64,000 bases of DNA. Source: Camelus dromedarius (taxonomy: Eukaryota). Numbering within the stretch: the stretch's first letter is position 1; the number at the start of each line of letters is the position of its first letter. Below are positions 24,176-36,659 of this stretch, in pieces. A program made the translations under genes and the position numbers. The notes under the pieces were generated by a model. That model saw only the letters and a program-made list of their open reading frames with translations, did no database searches and was not told where the DNA came from. The DNA is taken from the NCBI RefSeq assembly GCF_036321535.1, contig NC_087436.1, forward strand, positions 103,728,001 to 103,792,000, given 5' to 3'.

Positions 24176-25579
24176 TGAAATACACGGTACATGTCAGAAC
24201 TCAATAAATGTCTATACTTTCCTTATGATGTAGTTATGGTTATTCCACTTTGCAAAGAAGTAAACTAAAGCTCAGGAAGGTTACGTAATTCTCCCAACTC
24301 ACATACAAAATAAGTCAACCAACCCACCTGAATTCCAAGACCAAACTCTTCCAATGGGGAAGAATGGGGGTGAAAAGCTGAGAAAAAACAAAGAGTTGTT
24401 TAGATGGATGAGTACCGAACAAAATCTGTTTAGGATTTTGGTCCTTAGGCTGGCTTTTTCCTGGGGCACAGCATGAATTTTCAATGTCACACTCCTGTGC
24501 GGTCTGTTCTGTGATCTCTAGACGTGCGTTCCTGTGGGATCAAGTATCATTATTCCCCCTTGGGGAAGCCTCCTGTTCAACAAAAGAAAAGCCAGACTTC
24601 TTCAGAGGGGTTGGAAGGTGTAAGTACAAGTTTTAACCTTCTGTTTTCTGATGAACTGGGTAGGAGATGTAAATGTTCATGAAGTCAGACACACATGAAT
24701 TTTACAACTAATCTCACGTGCAGGAAAGGCCACCCGAGGCAGCTGAGATAGCAGAAGGAATCGGTATCTTGCAACTCTTATCTGGAGACATTTTCCTGAA
24801 CCTTAAACCACGGTCATTTCTAATTGATTGCAAAGTCTGTTGCCACCAGCAAAAATACTAAAATTGGAAGAAAAAGAATACATTCATTTTCAAAGTTTGC
24901 TTCCCCAACCTCACCCCACAATCACATTTCCAAAAAAAAAAAAATTGTAAGTGCAGTGCACAGCAAAGATCTGACTTCAGTTCAGGTGGGGAAGTGCTAT
25001 TGATAGATACGCTCCCTCAAATTCTAGCATATTAAGACAGGTCACTAAGAGTTCCCTTTTTTAGGGAGAAATGGGAAGAGAATTTAGGAAAGATGGTTAG
25101 ATCCTTGGACATCAGGATAAACACTCTTGGAAGGAAAAAATGAGGCCAAAAATTATATGAAGGGATGTGGGGGTTGGAGATGGTGTGTGGCAAATGTTCA
25201 CCCTACGGAAAGGAGCGTCAAGGTACCCAGATTCTGCCTAGAGTCACAGGATTTCAGGGTCATCACTGAAAGACACTTTATGAGGCTGGTGATGCTTGTT
25301 CCAAATTCTTGGGCAGCAGGAAATATATACCGACGATGTCAGCCTCTATAAGAGATGTAGTAGTAACTAGAGAGAGACTCAGGTAGGACAGGAGCAGCCA
25401 GTGCTGAAAGCAGAGAATGTGCAGAGGCAGGAAAAGAAGAGTGTGGCAGACAACCACAGGGGAAAGAGAAGCTTGCTACTAGTGGAACCAAACAGGAGAA
25501 TGTTAACAGCCACAGGGAAGAGCACATGAGCAACCAAAGAACCAATGGGACCAGGAGGGCATGTAGGTCAACTGTAGTA

Positions 25580-25800
25580 TAACTGCTCTGTGTGGATGCC
25601 GACCACATGCTGGCCCCGTGCAGGCACTCATATTGTCTACCAAACCCTCATAACAACAGGAGGAGGTATGCTATTATCCATCTTTTCCAGGTAAAGAAAC
25701 TTATCTCAGCAAGGGCAAGTAACTTGCCCAAGGTCACACAGTTAATAGAAGCAAGGTCAAAACCCAGTCTGTCTCCACAGCCCACATTTGCTCCAGTGCA
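25580..25800 (-). mobile_element. MIR SINE
   Basis: CCTCATAACAAC…AGGTATGCTATTATCCATC…AAGTAACTTGCCCAAGGTCACACAG. Confidence 0.85.
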
Positions 25801-26044
25801 CTCAACCTGTGGATTAACACGGCCATATAACTATATTTTAACGTATATGTTGAGATACACGTTTCAGCATACACCTGTCATGTGCATTTTACTCTACAGT
25901 TCTTTACAACAATCAAGTTCTACCAGATGTGTTACCTTGAAACTTGTGGGGGGTTTTCCTTAATATTATTTCTGGGATATTCTTTCATGTCCATTATCTG
26001 CTCCTTTTTGTATTTATATCATGTTTCATAGACTATCATAATGA

Positions 26045-26222
26045 ACAGGTCAGCAGGCTATAACCCACTGGCCAAATCTGGCCTGCCACCTGTTTCTGTG
26101 AATAAAGTTTCATTGGAAGCCAGCCACATTCATTTTTTTTTTGTATATTTTTTCTGGCTGCTTTCCTGGTTTAACAACAGAGTTGAACAATCACTACAGA
26201 TGTTGTATGACCCTCAAGGCTA
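26045..26222 (+). mobile_element. MER58A-like hAT-Charlie DNA transposon (within an old L1 remnant)
   Basis: GGCCAAATCTGGCCTGCCACCTGTTTCTGTGAATAAAGTTTCATTGGAA…GGCTGCTTTC…CAGAGTTGA. Confidence 0.85.
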
Positions 26223-26384
26223 ACATTGGTATTTTTTTTATTTCTCTGATTACTAGAAAGGCTGCATATCCTTTCATATCTTCACTGTCTATTACATTTT
26301 CTCACCTGTGAATTGCCTCTTCATTTGCTTTGCTCATTTTTTCACTATTTTTAGGAATATAAAGCAGGTTAGGTATATTTTCTC

Positions 26385-26545
26385 TGCATACTGCTGGAAT
26401 TAGCTAGAATCCTGGCTCTGACACTTGTTAGTCATGTGACTTAGTGCATGGTGCTTGGTTTTTCTGTGCCTCAATTTCTTAATCTATAAAATGGGCTGAT
26501 AGTATTGCTTCCACTTACTACAATTATTATAGGAATTAAAAAATA
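26385..26545 (+). mobile_element. MIR SINE
   Basis: GAATCCTGGCTCTGACACTTGTTAGTCATGTGAC…TCTGTGCCTCAATTTCTTAATCTATAAAATGGG. Confidence 0.8.
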
Positions 26546-27039
26546 ACTATCTTTGTTATTTATCACTTCTCTTTTACTCTGTTTTTGCCAATATGCCTAG
26601 TCAAATATTAAGAGCTTTTACAAGTTCCCTGTGAAAATTTCCAAAAACACAGAACTTTTGAAGCCACTAAAAAAGTGTATTTTTGGCCTCTAGGTGAAGT
26701 CAGGGAGGCTCATAACTAATGGGAGCAGAATTCCCTAGTGATGTGATTCTGGGTGGTGCAGGAATACAAATATCTTGTTTTAGTTGTTTGCTCATAAACC
26801 TTTCCTACATCAGTCCAGTCAATCGTAAATGTATCTTGCTATAATAAGTGAGGCTCTTGCTGGCTGTCAGGGGTCATGTTCTTAACATTAGTTTCATTGT
26901 ACAGACAGTAGGAGACAGAACCCAAAATCCACTGAGCCTGTGATCTGTCTTGATTGAAAAAAAATTTTTTTTACCCCTAAGTTCCAGATTTCCAGCAATT
27001 TGGAAAAATACTTGTAGCCCTCCCATTGCTCTTATAACC

Positions 27040-27190
27040 CTTGCTTTCCTTTAAACTTATCTCCTTTCTTAGCTGTTAAACTGTAAACAGCTTGAGGACA
27101 GACCAAGCATCTGATTTATCTTTGTGCCCCTCATAGCACCCAGAAGAATATGTTACACAAAGTAGATGTTGTTAAATATTAACTGTATGA
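27040..27190 (+). mobile_element. L2 3' terminus
   Basis: ACTGTAAACAGCTTGAGGACAG…TTTATCTTTGTGCCCC…TAGCACC…GTAGATGTTGTTAAATATT. Confidence 0.65.
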
Positions 27191-27489
27191 ATAATTATCA
27201 ACTGTCTCTCCTGATTTGTTTCTTTCTCCTAAAAACAAATTAAAAAAAAAAAAGAAAATTTTAGTCAATTTAGGGCTTTTTGTCATTGGGTTTCAAATAA
27301 CAAGCATCTTTACAGATATTGATATCTCTGTGCTAGAAGCTCCCTTTTCATGAGGAAGCATCGGAATTTAGTGAATCAGAAATTCCCTAATGGGTCCTCA
27401 TTTGGAATTTGCAGTTTAAAAATTGAACAGTTTTAGCTTTGAATTTTCAGGACTTAGATTTTTCAGAAGAAAGCAGAAAATGAGACTAA

Positions 27490-28000
27490 TGATGATTGGA
27501 GCTGACACATGGTAAGTTTGTTACATATATTGTATCAGCAAATCTTCCCCAAATATTCTGAGGTTGGCATCATTCTTCTCCTCCATTTCATAAGTAAGGA
27601 AACTGAGGCACAAAGTGGTTAACTAACTTCTACCTAACTTACCTAAGGCCACATAGCTAGGACATGACACACCAGGATTTAATCCCTTGCAATACGGCTC
27701 AAAAACCAACACACACCTCTCCATATTGCACTGGAGACATTGCCAGCAAAGCCTCATAGGAACAAATTATGATCAGGAGAGGAGGACTGATCTCTTAAAG
27801 CACCAGAGTTAGAATCAAGAGACCTGGGCTTGATTCCTGGATCCATAATGATCTATTGGTAAAACTCCAAGCAAATAAGCCAACACCTTTCCTGGACTTC
27901 AGTTTCCCTCAGCTATAAAGTTAAGATGAGGATATCAGTCTGAAGTCCACCTTACAGTTACCTAAAGTAGATTGAGAGCTTATGTAGAACAAGCACCTTC
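27490..28000. mobile_element. Two MIR SINEs (- then +)
   Basis: CCATTTCATAAGTAAGGAAACTGAGGCAC…CCTAAGGCCACATAGCTAG, then GAGACCTGGGCTTGATTCCTGG…CTTCAGTTTCCCTCAGCTATAAA. Confidence 0.75.
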
Positions 28001-28087
28001 TAAACAACAGAGCAAACTGTCGTGGTAGCGAGCTCTAAGGTAAGAGAACCTCAAGGTTTATGTCTGGAAAAGAGGGTAAGAGGATGG

Positions 28088-28943
28088 TATCCTGGTTTAC
28101 TCAGGCTGCCATAACAAAATACCACACACTGGATGGCTTAAACGTCAGAAATTTTTTCTCTCACAGTTTTTGAGCCTAGGAAGTGCAAAATCAAAGAGTC
28201 AGAAGGTTTGGTTTCAGCTGAGGCCTCCCTCCTTGGCTTCCAGATGGCCTCCATCTGTTACTGAGCCCAAGCTCACTGCACGACAGGCCAATAAATCAAG
28301 GGATGACTTGTTGGGGCAAAGAATAGTGACTTTATTCAGAAAGCCAGCAGACTGAGAAGATGGTGGACTAGTGTCCTAGAAAACCATCTTCTCCGAGTTT
28401 GAATTCAGGCTCATTTTTATATTAAAAGGGGAAGGGGTAAAGTCCTGGTTCTGGCCAGACTTCAGATGGTAGATGTTCATTTCTTCCCTCCTGCAGCCAT
28501 TCATAAGTGGGTCTGGTCAGGATGATTCCTGTGACTAAACAAAGGTATTTCAGATTAATGCTCATTACCTGGGAGGCAAGGTTCCTAGAGATGGGTCATT
28601 ATGCATAATTTAAGCTTAGAGGCATCATCTCCTTAGTGACTAACAAGCAATAGAATACAAAGGTTAAAGTAAAAGAAACAGACCTAATATTCAGATTTGT
28701 TCTTTCTGTTCTCACATGGTTTTTCTCCTGTGCATATGCAGCCCTAGTGTCTCTTTCTGCATCCAAATTTCCTCTTCTTATAAGGACAACAGTCAAACTG
28801 GATTAGGGACCATCTGATGATCTCATTTTAACTTAATCCACTCCTTAAACACCCAGTCTTCAAATACAGTCATCCTCTGAGGTACTGGGGTTTAGGACTT
28901 CAACATATGAATTTGGGTAGGGAATACAATTCAGCCTGTAACA
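28088..28943 (-). mobile_element. MaLR LTR, MLT1A0-like, split by an ERV1 LTR
   Basis: GGCTGCCATAACAAAATACCACA…GGCTTAAAC, resuming at 28711 with CTCACATGG…TCCTCTTCTTATAAGGACA…GAGGTACTGGGGTTTAGGACTTCAACATATGAATTTGGG…ATTCAGCCTGTAACA. Confidence 0.9.
28256..28710 (-). mobile_element. ERV1-class solo LTR (artiodactyl type) nested in MLT1A
   Basis: Begins TGTTACTGAGCCCAAGCTC. Antisense polyA signal TTTATT ~28331 and antisense TATA TTTTATA ~28414. The right terminus and TSD appear deleted. Confidence 0.75.
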
Positions 28944-29559
28944 AAGAAAATCTCTTTAGAGGCAACTGTGAAGTGTACTCGTTGACCCACAAAAATGGCT
29001 AGGAGTAGATGATGGAGAGATGTTCGGAGGATTAATGCACCAAATCTAAACAACCCAGATTATCCAGGCCATCCGGAAACTTGAAGCTGAGTCATACAGC
29101 CAATTATCTCAATTATCCTCATTTCACTGCAATGATAGTTCACAGATTATGAGTAGTACCATCAGGAAGATTAATTATAATGGCAAATTTCACCAAAAAG
29201 TCTAAAAATAATTTAACTATATTGCCAATCCTAGAGGTTATTAAACATCTTTAGACTAGACCTAAAAAAAAAAAAAAAGACACTTCTAAAATTAGAGAAC
29301 TCTACATCTTATATGGTGGGAAGGAGAAGAGGACACATGTCTCGAGCTCTACGTGAGCATGCAACTCTATGGTTAATTGATGCTTTGCTAGTCTTATACT
29401 TTTGCTTAACTCAGCCCTCCATTGAAGTTCCCTTTTCTTAACCCACTAAAAATTGTTGAACCTAAATGTTGCCTTCACCATGAGGCATGCCCTGATCTCT
29501 GCATCAGGAAAAAATCTCTCTCCCCTGAAATCACTCTATTTTCTTATATTTCTCAGGAT

Positions 29560-29819
29560 GACTTAGGAGTAAAGACTAAGCTCTTGTAACAAAAAGACCC
29601 AGAAACATTGTGGTTTGAACAAAGTGAAAGCATTTGGCTTCCTGACATAAGATTCCTGAAATGAGCAGTTGATCTTCATCATTTGGAGACCCAGACTCTT
29701 TCTGTCTTTTGGTTCTGCCATCTTTTTGATCATTGACCTTATTCACATAGTTGAAGTTGGGTCATAGGCACATCCATAAAACAGCTCAGAAAACAGGGAA
29801 ATAGCAAGAATCCAAGTCA
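29560..29819 (-). mobile_element. MaLR LTR fragment, MLT1K-like
   Basis: TGTAACAAAAAGACCCAGAAACATTGTGGTTTGAACAA…GGAGACCCAGACTCTTTCTGTC…GTTCTGCCATC. Confidence 0.6.
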
Positions 29820-30125
29820 TTGATGAACATTTGGGTTGTTCTCAATTTGGAGCTATAACAAATAAAGCTGTTATGAACTTTGGTGTACAAGTCTTTAAAT
29901 GGACATATGCTTTTGTTTCTCTTTGGTAAATACCAAGGAAGGTAAGGGCTGGGTCAAATGGTAGATATATGCTTAACCTTTAAAGAAAATATAAAAGGAA
30001 ATATACCACTTTGCTTTCCCACCAGCAACGTATGACAGTTCCATTTTCTCTGTATCTTCACCAACACTTCATATAGTCAGTCTTTTTAAATTTAACCATT
30101 CTAGTAAGCATGTATGGTATCTCAC
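29820..30125 (-). mobile_element. Old L1 (L1MB/MC-type) ORF2 3' fragment
   Basis: TGATGAACATTTGGGTTGTT…AATAAAGCTGTTATGAAC…TTCCCACCAGCAACGTATGA…TGGTATCTCA. Confidence 0.85.
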
Positions 30126-30149
30126 TGGCCTAAAGTGAAAGTCCAGAAT

Positions 30150-30278
30150 AGAATTATGGACATAGAAAACAAACTGTGGTTACCAGAGGAGAAAAGGCAG
30201 TGGGGAGGGATAGATTAGGAGTTTAGGGTTAATAAATACACATACTTTATATAAAAGAGAGAAACAAAAAGGACCTAG
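30150..30278 (+). mobile_element. Short L1 3' UTR fragment (same family as 8145-8912)
   Basis: GACATAGAAAACAAACTGTGGTTACCAGAGG…GGGAGGGATAGATTAGGAGTTT…TATATAAAA…AAACAAAAAGGACCTA parallels 8625-8741. Confidence 0.8.
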
Positions 30279-30389
30279 AAGCCACTTTTAAAGTGCGACT
30301 TTGACACTATGAAAAGGACGTGGACATTAATAATAGAAGAATTGGTTGCATGTTTCACAATGTTATTTATATAGGTACAACTTTGTCAA

Positions 30390-30760
30390 ACAAGGTGGAC
30401 ATTCTGGGGAACAGCACCTGCAAAGACAAAGTATGAAAGAGCATGTGGGACAAGTGACAACTGGTCAATAATGCTAGAGCACAGAGTGAGAAGGAAAGAC
30501 TGGCAATAGATAACTCTATAAAAGCAAGCAGTGGCCAGTTCATGAAGGGTACAGCATGCCTTCCAAATAGTTTAAGATTCTGACCGTTGAAAAATGGGCT
30601 GCACGATGGTGGAGAGTGTCACAATCAGATTCATGAATTAGAGTTGGAGCTCTGTGAGGAATGAGCAGAGGAGAGGTGAGCCCAGAGGGAGAGAGTCATC
30701 TAACAAAATTATTGCATTCATGTCACCCAGAGATAATGAGGAAACAAGTGTATTAATCTT
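30390..30760 (-). mobile_element. L2 fragment
   Basis: CATTCTGGGGAACAGCACCTGCAAAGAC…GCCAGTTCATGAAGGG…GAGTGTCACAATCAGATT. Confidence 0.55.
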
Positions 30761-31814
30761 GTCTATGTGTAAGGCATTGTAGAAAGATGGCATAATGTGG
30801 GGATGGAAGTAAGACTAGATAGCAACTAGATATCTTGGTTTCAACACTGATCAGTCAACCAGTTAGTTGGTTTTTATTTATCTTGGTTAAGTCTCTTAAA
30901 TTCTTTCTCACCTATAAAATTAAGATAATAATACCAATCTTGGACATTTGTGATAAAGTAAAGAGTAGGATAAGATGATAATTCAAAGTGGAAAATGTTA
31001 AGAACCATAAAAGAGATTTATAGGGTTCTGGAGACCCAGTAGGGAGTTTACTTCCAATTGGCTCTGGCCTCATATTGTAATATATAACAATTTATGCCCA
31101 CACCATTTATAGCCACAAGTAAGGGAGGGTCTTAAAGAAATAAGTCATAAATGCACTTTTATGAGGCAGAGAGAAAGCTAGGTGGCAGCATTCCAGCTGT
31201 GGCTCAGGCAGCAGGAGGGCTGGAGGAACTTGAGCTATTCTTCCCAAAGGCCAGTGCTAAGGGGTGTCCAAGAGAAAATATATAATGCATCTCAGGGCCA
31301 CTATCTCTACATGACTTTGCAGGGTAGCAGAAATTGTTTGTAGGTTCATAGTTTGTTCCCCAGCTATGAGGGTGTTTGTGTCAATGAGAATAATGATTCT
31401 CTGGAAATCAGAAGACTAGAAAACCGGTCTCAGCACCACTACATAATAGCTATGTGACCTGGGACAAGTCACTCACCATCTCTGGTTCTTCCCACCAACG
31501 TGTTAAGGAGGGGTTTAAATGATCTTCACCAACCCTGCCAGCTCTAACAATGAATGTCTTTATGAAGCCTTTCTGGACACATCGGCTCTTAAAAGGAGAG
31601 CTCCTTCCCTTTGTGGATAAATCTATTCTGTTTAGTCAGCAAAGTTAAAGAACATAATAAATATTCCAGCCAGGCACTCTTTGGAATGCAACACAATTTA
31701 ACAATGCTAATATACCATGTGGCACTCAAAGCCTGCTTCAGCTTCACGTACTTATGAAGATATCCTTATCATCCAGTGCTTGGTGGATCAATTGTAAACT
31801 CAAATTGCATTGAT

Positions 31815-32590
31815 GGGAGAGGGTGTAGGGAAAAGTGAACCCTCCTACTGTTGGTAGGAATTTAGTTTGGTGCAGCCATTATGGAAAACCGTATGGAGAT
31901 TCCTTAAAAGACTAAAAATAGGCTTACCACATGATCCAGCAATCCCACTCCTAAGCAGATATCCAAAGGAAACCTTAATTCAAAAAATATATGCACCCCA
32001 ATGTTCATAGTAGCACTATTTACAATAGTCAAGACATGGAAACAACGTAAATGTCCATCAATAGATGATTGGATAAAGAAGTTGTGGTATATTTATACAA
32101 TGGAATATTATGCAGCCATAAAAATAATAAAATAATGCCATTTGCAGCAATATGGATGGACCTGGAAATTGTCATTCTAAGTGAAATAAGTTAGAGAGAG
32201 AAATAAAAATACCAAATTATATCACTTATAGGTGATATATCACTAAAAAAAAACAAACAAACTTATTTGCAAAACAGAAACAGACTCTCAGACATACAGA
32301 ACAAACTTGTGGTTACCAGGCAGGGAGGGATAAGGGAGGGGATAATTATGAGTCAGAGATTTGCAGATACTAGCTGATATATATATATAGAATAGATAAA
32401 CAACAAGTCCATGATGTAGAGTGCAGGGAACTATATTCAATATCTTGTAACATATGGTGGAAAAGAATATGAAAACAAATATATGTATGTTCATGTATGA
32501 CTGAAGCATTACGCTGTGCACCAGAAATTGATGCAACATTGCAAACTGACTATATTTTATATATATATATAAAATATATATATATATATA
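31815..32590 (+). mobile_element. 5'-truncated L1 3' end with (TA)n-converted tail
   Basis: GGAGAGGGTGTAGGGAAAAGTGAACCCTCCTAC…ATGATCCAGCAATCCCACTCCT…CACCAGAAATTGATGCAACATTGCAAACTGACTATA. Possible decayed TSD (AAATTGCATTGATG vs ATATTGTTTTGGTG). Confidence 0.93.
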
Positions 32591-35500
32591 TTGTTTTGGT
32601 GACTTCATTTAGCCATCTCCTTGCCACTGCTTCCTTAGCTGGATCTCCAGGACATAACAGAGATCACCCATTCAGAGGGAAGGTAAATCTCTCCATATAT
32701 TTTGAGAATCTAAATATTACTTCAGTACTACTACAAAGTGGTCCAAGCTGTCACTTTAGGAATCTGGATTTTTCTGAGGATAGATTAATTGCTGCCCTCG
32801 TCTTGGCTGTTTGTTGCTAGTTGTTCAGGACCCTGGACAGGTGTACTGCACTAAATAAGCTGGTAGGTATGATGTGAAACTCTGAGAATTTATTTGGTGG
32901 ATTGGAGAAAGCTACCTTCATACATAAATAGGGTAGGCTTTCTTTGCAGGCAACATAGTGGAAATCTGCTTTAGTCAAAATGTGCATGCTCTGCAAATAA
33001 GAGGTTGCTATTTTCCAAAAAAGTACTCATAAAGTGAAGGAGGGGCACTCATACAACTCTCACCAGTATCTATTACTGTAAAGTGCCAGAAGCAATTATG
33101 ATGTCATGTGTTGTCTAAAATTGGAGTGGTGAGACAGCTTGAGATGCAGTCAGAGCTAATAAACCAAATAAAATCTGCCAAGTTTTACTGCATCATATTG
33201 TTGCTTTACACAATTACAAGCAGAAAGAAAGTCATCTGCCACATTGCAGTCGATTTATTCCTTCTTTACTTTCTCTCTTTTTTCCTTCCTTTGTTAAAAA
33301 GAAAGCAGGTGAAATGGGATTGACAGGGGATAAATTTCAAAAGTTACAGCAGGGGAAAGAGGGGCTGTTATTAAGAAAAATGTCTTCCTGGATAGATCCA
33401 AGATAATTTACTGTTACACATCTTGAAAATACTTCACCCTGATTAAAATATATTTTCCCATTTTGTACTTAGTTTAGCATCAAGCATCTGAGAAAGAGCT
33501 TTCAACATTAAATAGGGGGAAAAAATAGAGATGCCTACCACTCAGGATCTTTCTAATAAATTTTACCTGAGCAGGTCCAGTGTTAGGGGGCTAATTTCCA
33601 AGATATTTCTTTAATCAGATTTTTAAATTCAAACATAAGCGTTTTTAATTTCCTTGGGATCTGACAGCACTAACTTGAGAAAAGTCAAAGGCTTAATTTT
33701 TTCATTTTTTGTATGATAAAAACATTCCTACTTTCCATGCGATTTTCAGATGAGATTAATTGTTTTATTTCTCTCAGATGCGAACAGCAGGAGAACTACG
33801 AGGGAAACTTAGGGACCCAAAATCCACTAGGTCCATCTGACCTTGTTTCTCTCCAGCCAGACAAGCTATATCCTCAGGGTCTAATGGAGCAATTTATTCA
33901 GAGAAATAAATTGTTTATTTTGCATTTGCATTGTGTTTGCATCGTTTATTTTCCATCACCAGCTGTAAAATTCTTTCCATCTCACTGATTAAAGGAAAGA
34001 ATACATTGCATGACATCAGAATGCACACCATCATTTCAATTGGATTCAAACAACCTTCGCAGGTCACTTATTTTTACTAACCTCAGACTCGGTTGCTTTC
34101 TATCCATCTCTCACCAGCCTTACCTATCGTAAAGAAAATCTTCATGCGAGAAGCAAGCATCGCATTAATTATGTGAACCACATCTGCACACGGGTTGTGG
34201 GCGCTCTCAGACCACATCTGTTGAATGTCACGGCCAAAAACACTCAACTCCATAGGGATGTTGTTTGCTATGCCCTTCTGGTCATCGGTAGATTGATTTT
34301 CATGTTGTGGCTAAACAAATAGTTAGCAATGCTGAACATTGTTTTTTTGCTTTGCACTGAAGACCCAATTAGCAAACACAGTCAATGGACAGGTCGAGAG
34401 GTGAGGTTCAGACAGACTCCTTCTCGAGGCCAAACCTCTCTGTTTGAACAGCTTTCCACTGACCTTTGTCCTCATCACAGGTGACCTCCTGTGAAATGTG
34501 TCACCAAGCTCCATGTGCAAAGCCAGAAAGGAAATAAATAGCAGTTTATCCAAATAGCATGTGTCACTGCACAGACAAATCAAACAGCTCGGGAAAGATC
34601 ATCACTGATAAAGAATGAACTGCAAGCACAGAAATATAAAGATGTGGGTCAGGAAAGACTTGGAGCCACAGAGGTGAATAAACACATGGTGAATATTTAG
34701 AGCTGGCCTGGGTTAAGAGCAATTTAAACTGGATGCTGTTTAACTCATGATAGACCCGCTCTGGGTCTGGATATGTTAGTGATCCCCTGTTACTAAGTAA
34801 TGGAGACATCTTGTCATTGACTACCCCTCAGTCTGCCACTATAAATTTACATCAGATTTATGGCTTTCTGAGCCTTCTTGGCAGAGTTACAGGCCACTAA
34901 CATGTCAGGAATGGCAATCTGGCTAGCTGTCTTATCCACCACACATTTACAGACGATAGTCTTCTAGACACCAAGGGACTATAAGACCCAGATAATAAAT
35001 CCACCAGGGGTCAGAGCTACAGGGATCAGGTCAGACATCTGACTCATAAAAACACATTTGTGCTGATTGGATTTGTCTCTTTGTCTCCTTTGAGGTGCTG
35101 TTGCGTAGCAGACCCATTTCTATAGAGGCTGCCGCAGAAGGAGAACAAATTAACCACCAGTCCATCCACCTAGTTCCTTTGGAAGCCAACAGCAAGGGTG
35201 GTCCAGGGTCCTCTGTCACTGTAGGTGTACCTGGAAGTTATCAGCTGGCTGACACTGTCTTGTCCACATGCTGGTGGAAACAGGAGATTCTCAAACACCA
35301 AGGAGTCAACGTTCTGGGAGTCTTTACAGCCTCCAGTCTCATAAGGCTGACTCCTCTCAGGTTCTGGAATAGAGAGATGGTGGTTAGAACAGTGGAGTGA
35401 GAGGCCACATGTGGATGACCATTTCATGAAAGGGCAAATATTTTCCCAAAGCTGGACTTACTCAACCAGAAGCATTTATAACTAGCTTCAGGCATTGCAA

Positions 35501-36659
35501 ATGAAAAAACAAAACAAAACAAACAATCGCCCTTGACTTCATAGCTCTCACTCTAGGGAGGTAGGCAAACAGTAAATGATGCTTGACATCACCAGCAACC
35601 CCTGGGCTAAGACAATCCCTGAGGCTGATCTCAAATTCCAATAGCAATTGATTTAAACTCTTTAATAGTCTTCTAATCATTGTCCTCTCCCTTTCTCACT
35701 ACCAGTAGTTTAGAGTCACCAACCCTCCATCAGTTCCCTCCAATGTAGATGAAATGAGTAAAATGAAGCTAAATGACCTTATGTGAAATCTACCCAAAGT
35801 GAGACCTCTTCATGCAATGTTCTAGCAACTTAGTTACCAGGCAAGTTAGTAACCTAAGTTACTTGGTTAGTAACCTAGAGTACACTTGGTGAATTACAGT
35901 CCAAACAGAGGCTCCATATCTTCAAGAACATGATGCTAAAGAAAAACTACAAAACAACTCTGAAATTGGAGAGTAGCTTTGGCAAAATTTACATCCTATT
36001 TTTTCAACCACATCATATCTGCCTGCTCCCCTTTTGCTTATTGATCCTACTCCCCGAGTCCACTCTCACTGCTCCATGGACACAATGGGTCTAACCTGTT
36101 CCTTCACACCATGTGATGGTGAAGCATGCATTTTACTCTGGTGCTTTCTTGGTGCTGCCCAGAAAGCAGATTCATCTTCATCTTAAGCAAAGAGAAAGAA
36201 ACACATAGTCTAATCAAAGGTAAGTTTAGGAGATCTGTCGGTTGCGTCTTGAAGAAAAATTGCTTTTTGTTGCTATTGTTGGCCAAAATTATTCAGTTAA
36301 AAATAAATACTCAGTGAGAACTTAAATCTCAACTCATATAGTAGGAGAGGGTTCCCTCCCCATCTTTATCCTATCCAAGCATGAAGCTTGGACTTTTTTT
36401 CCACAGTATCTCTGCTTCTCTGGGCATAATGACCTCTATGCTAGACTTTGGAACCCTTATGTATGCCCTGGGCCACAGAAAAAGGTGAGTGTCCCCCCAG
36501 AGCAGTTAGATGGCCTTATAACAGGTGTCTTCCTTCTGGACAATCCATGAGCTACCTGCAGGGAACTGTTTATGAAAAGTCCCCATCTCACGAAGGGCAA
36601 TGAGATTAATAGCCCCACCAACATGGCTTCTCTGCCTATCTGAAAATGAACACTACACA

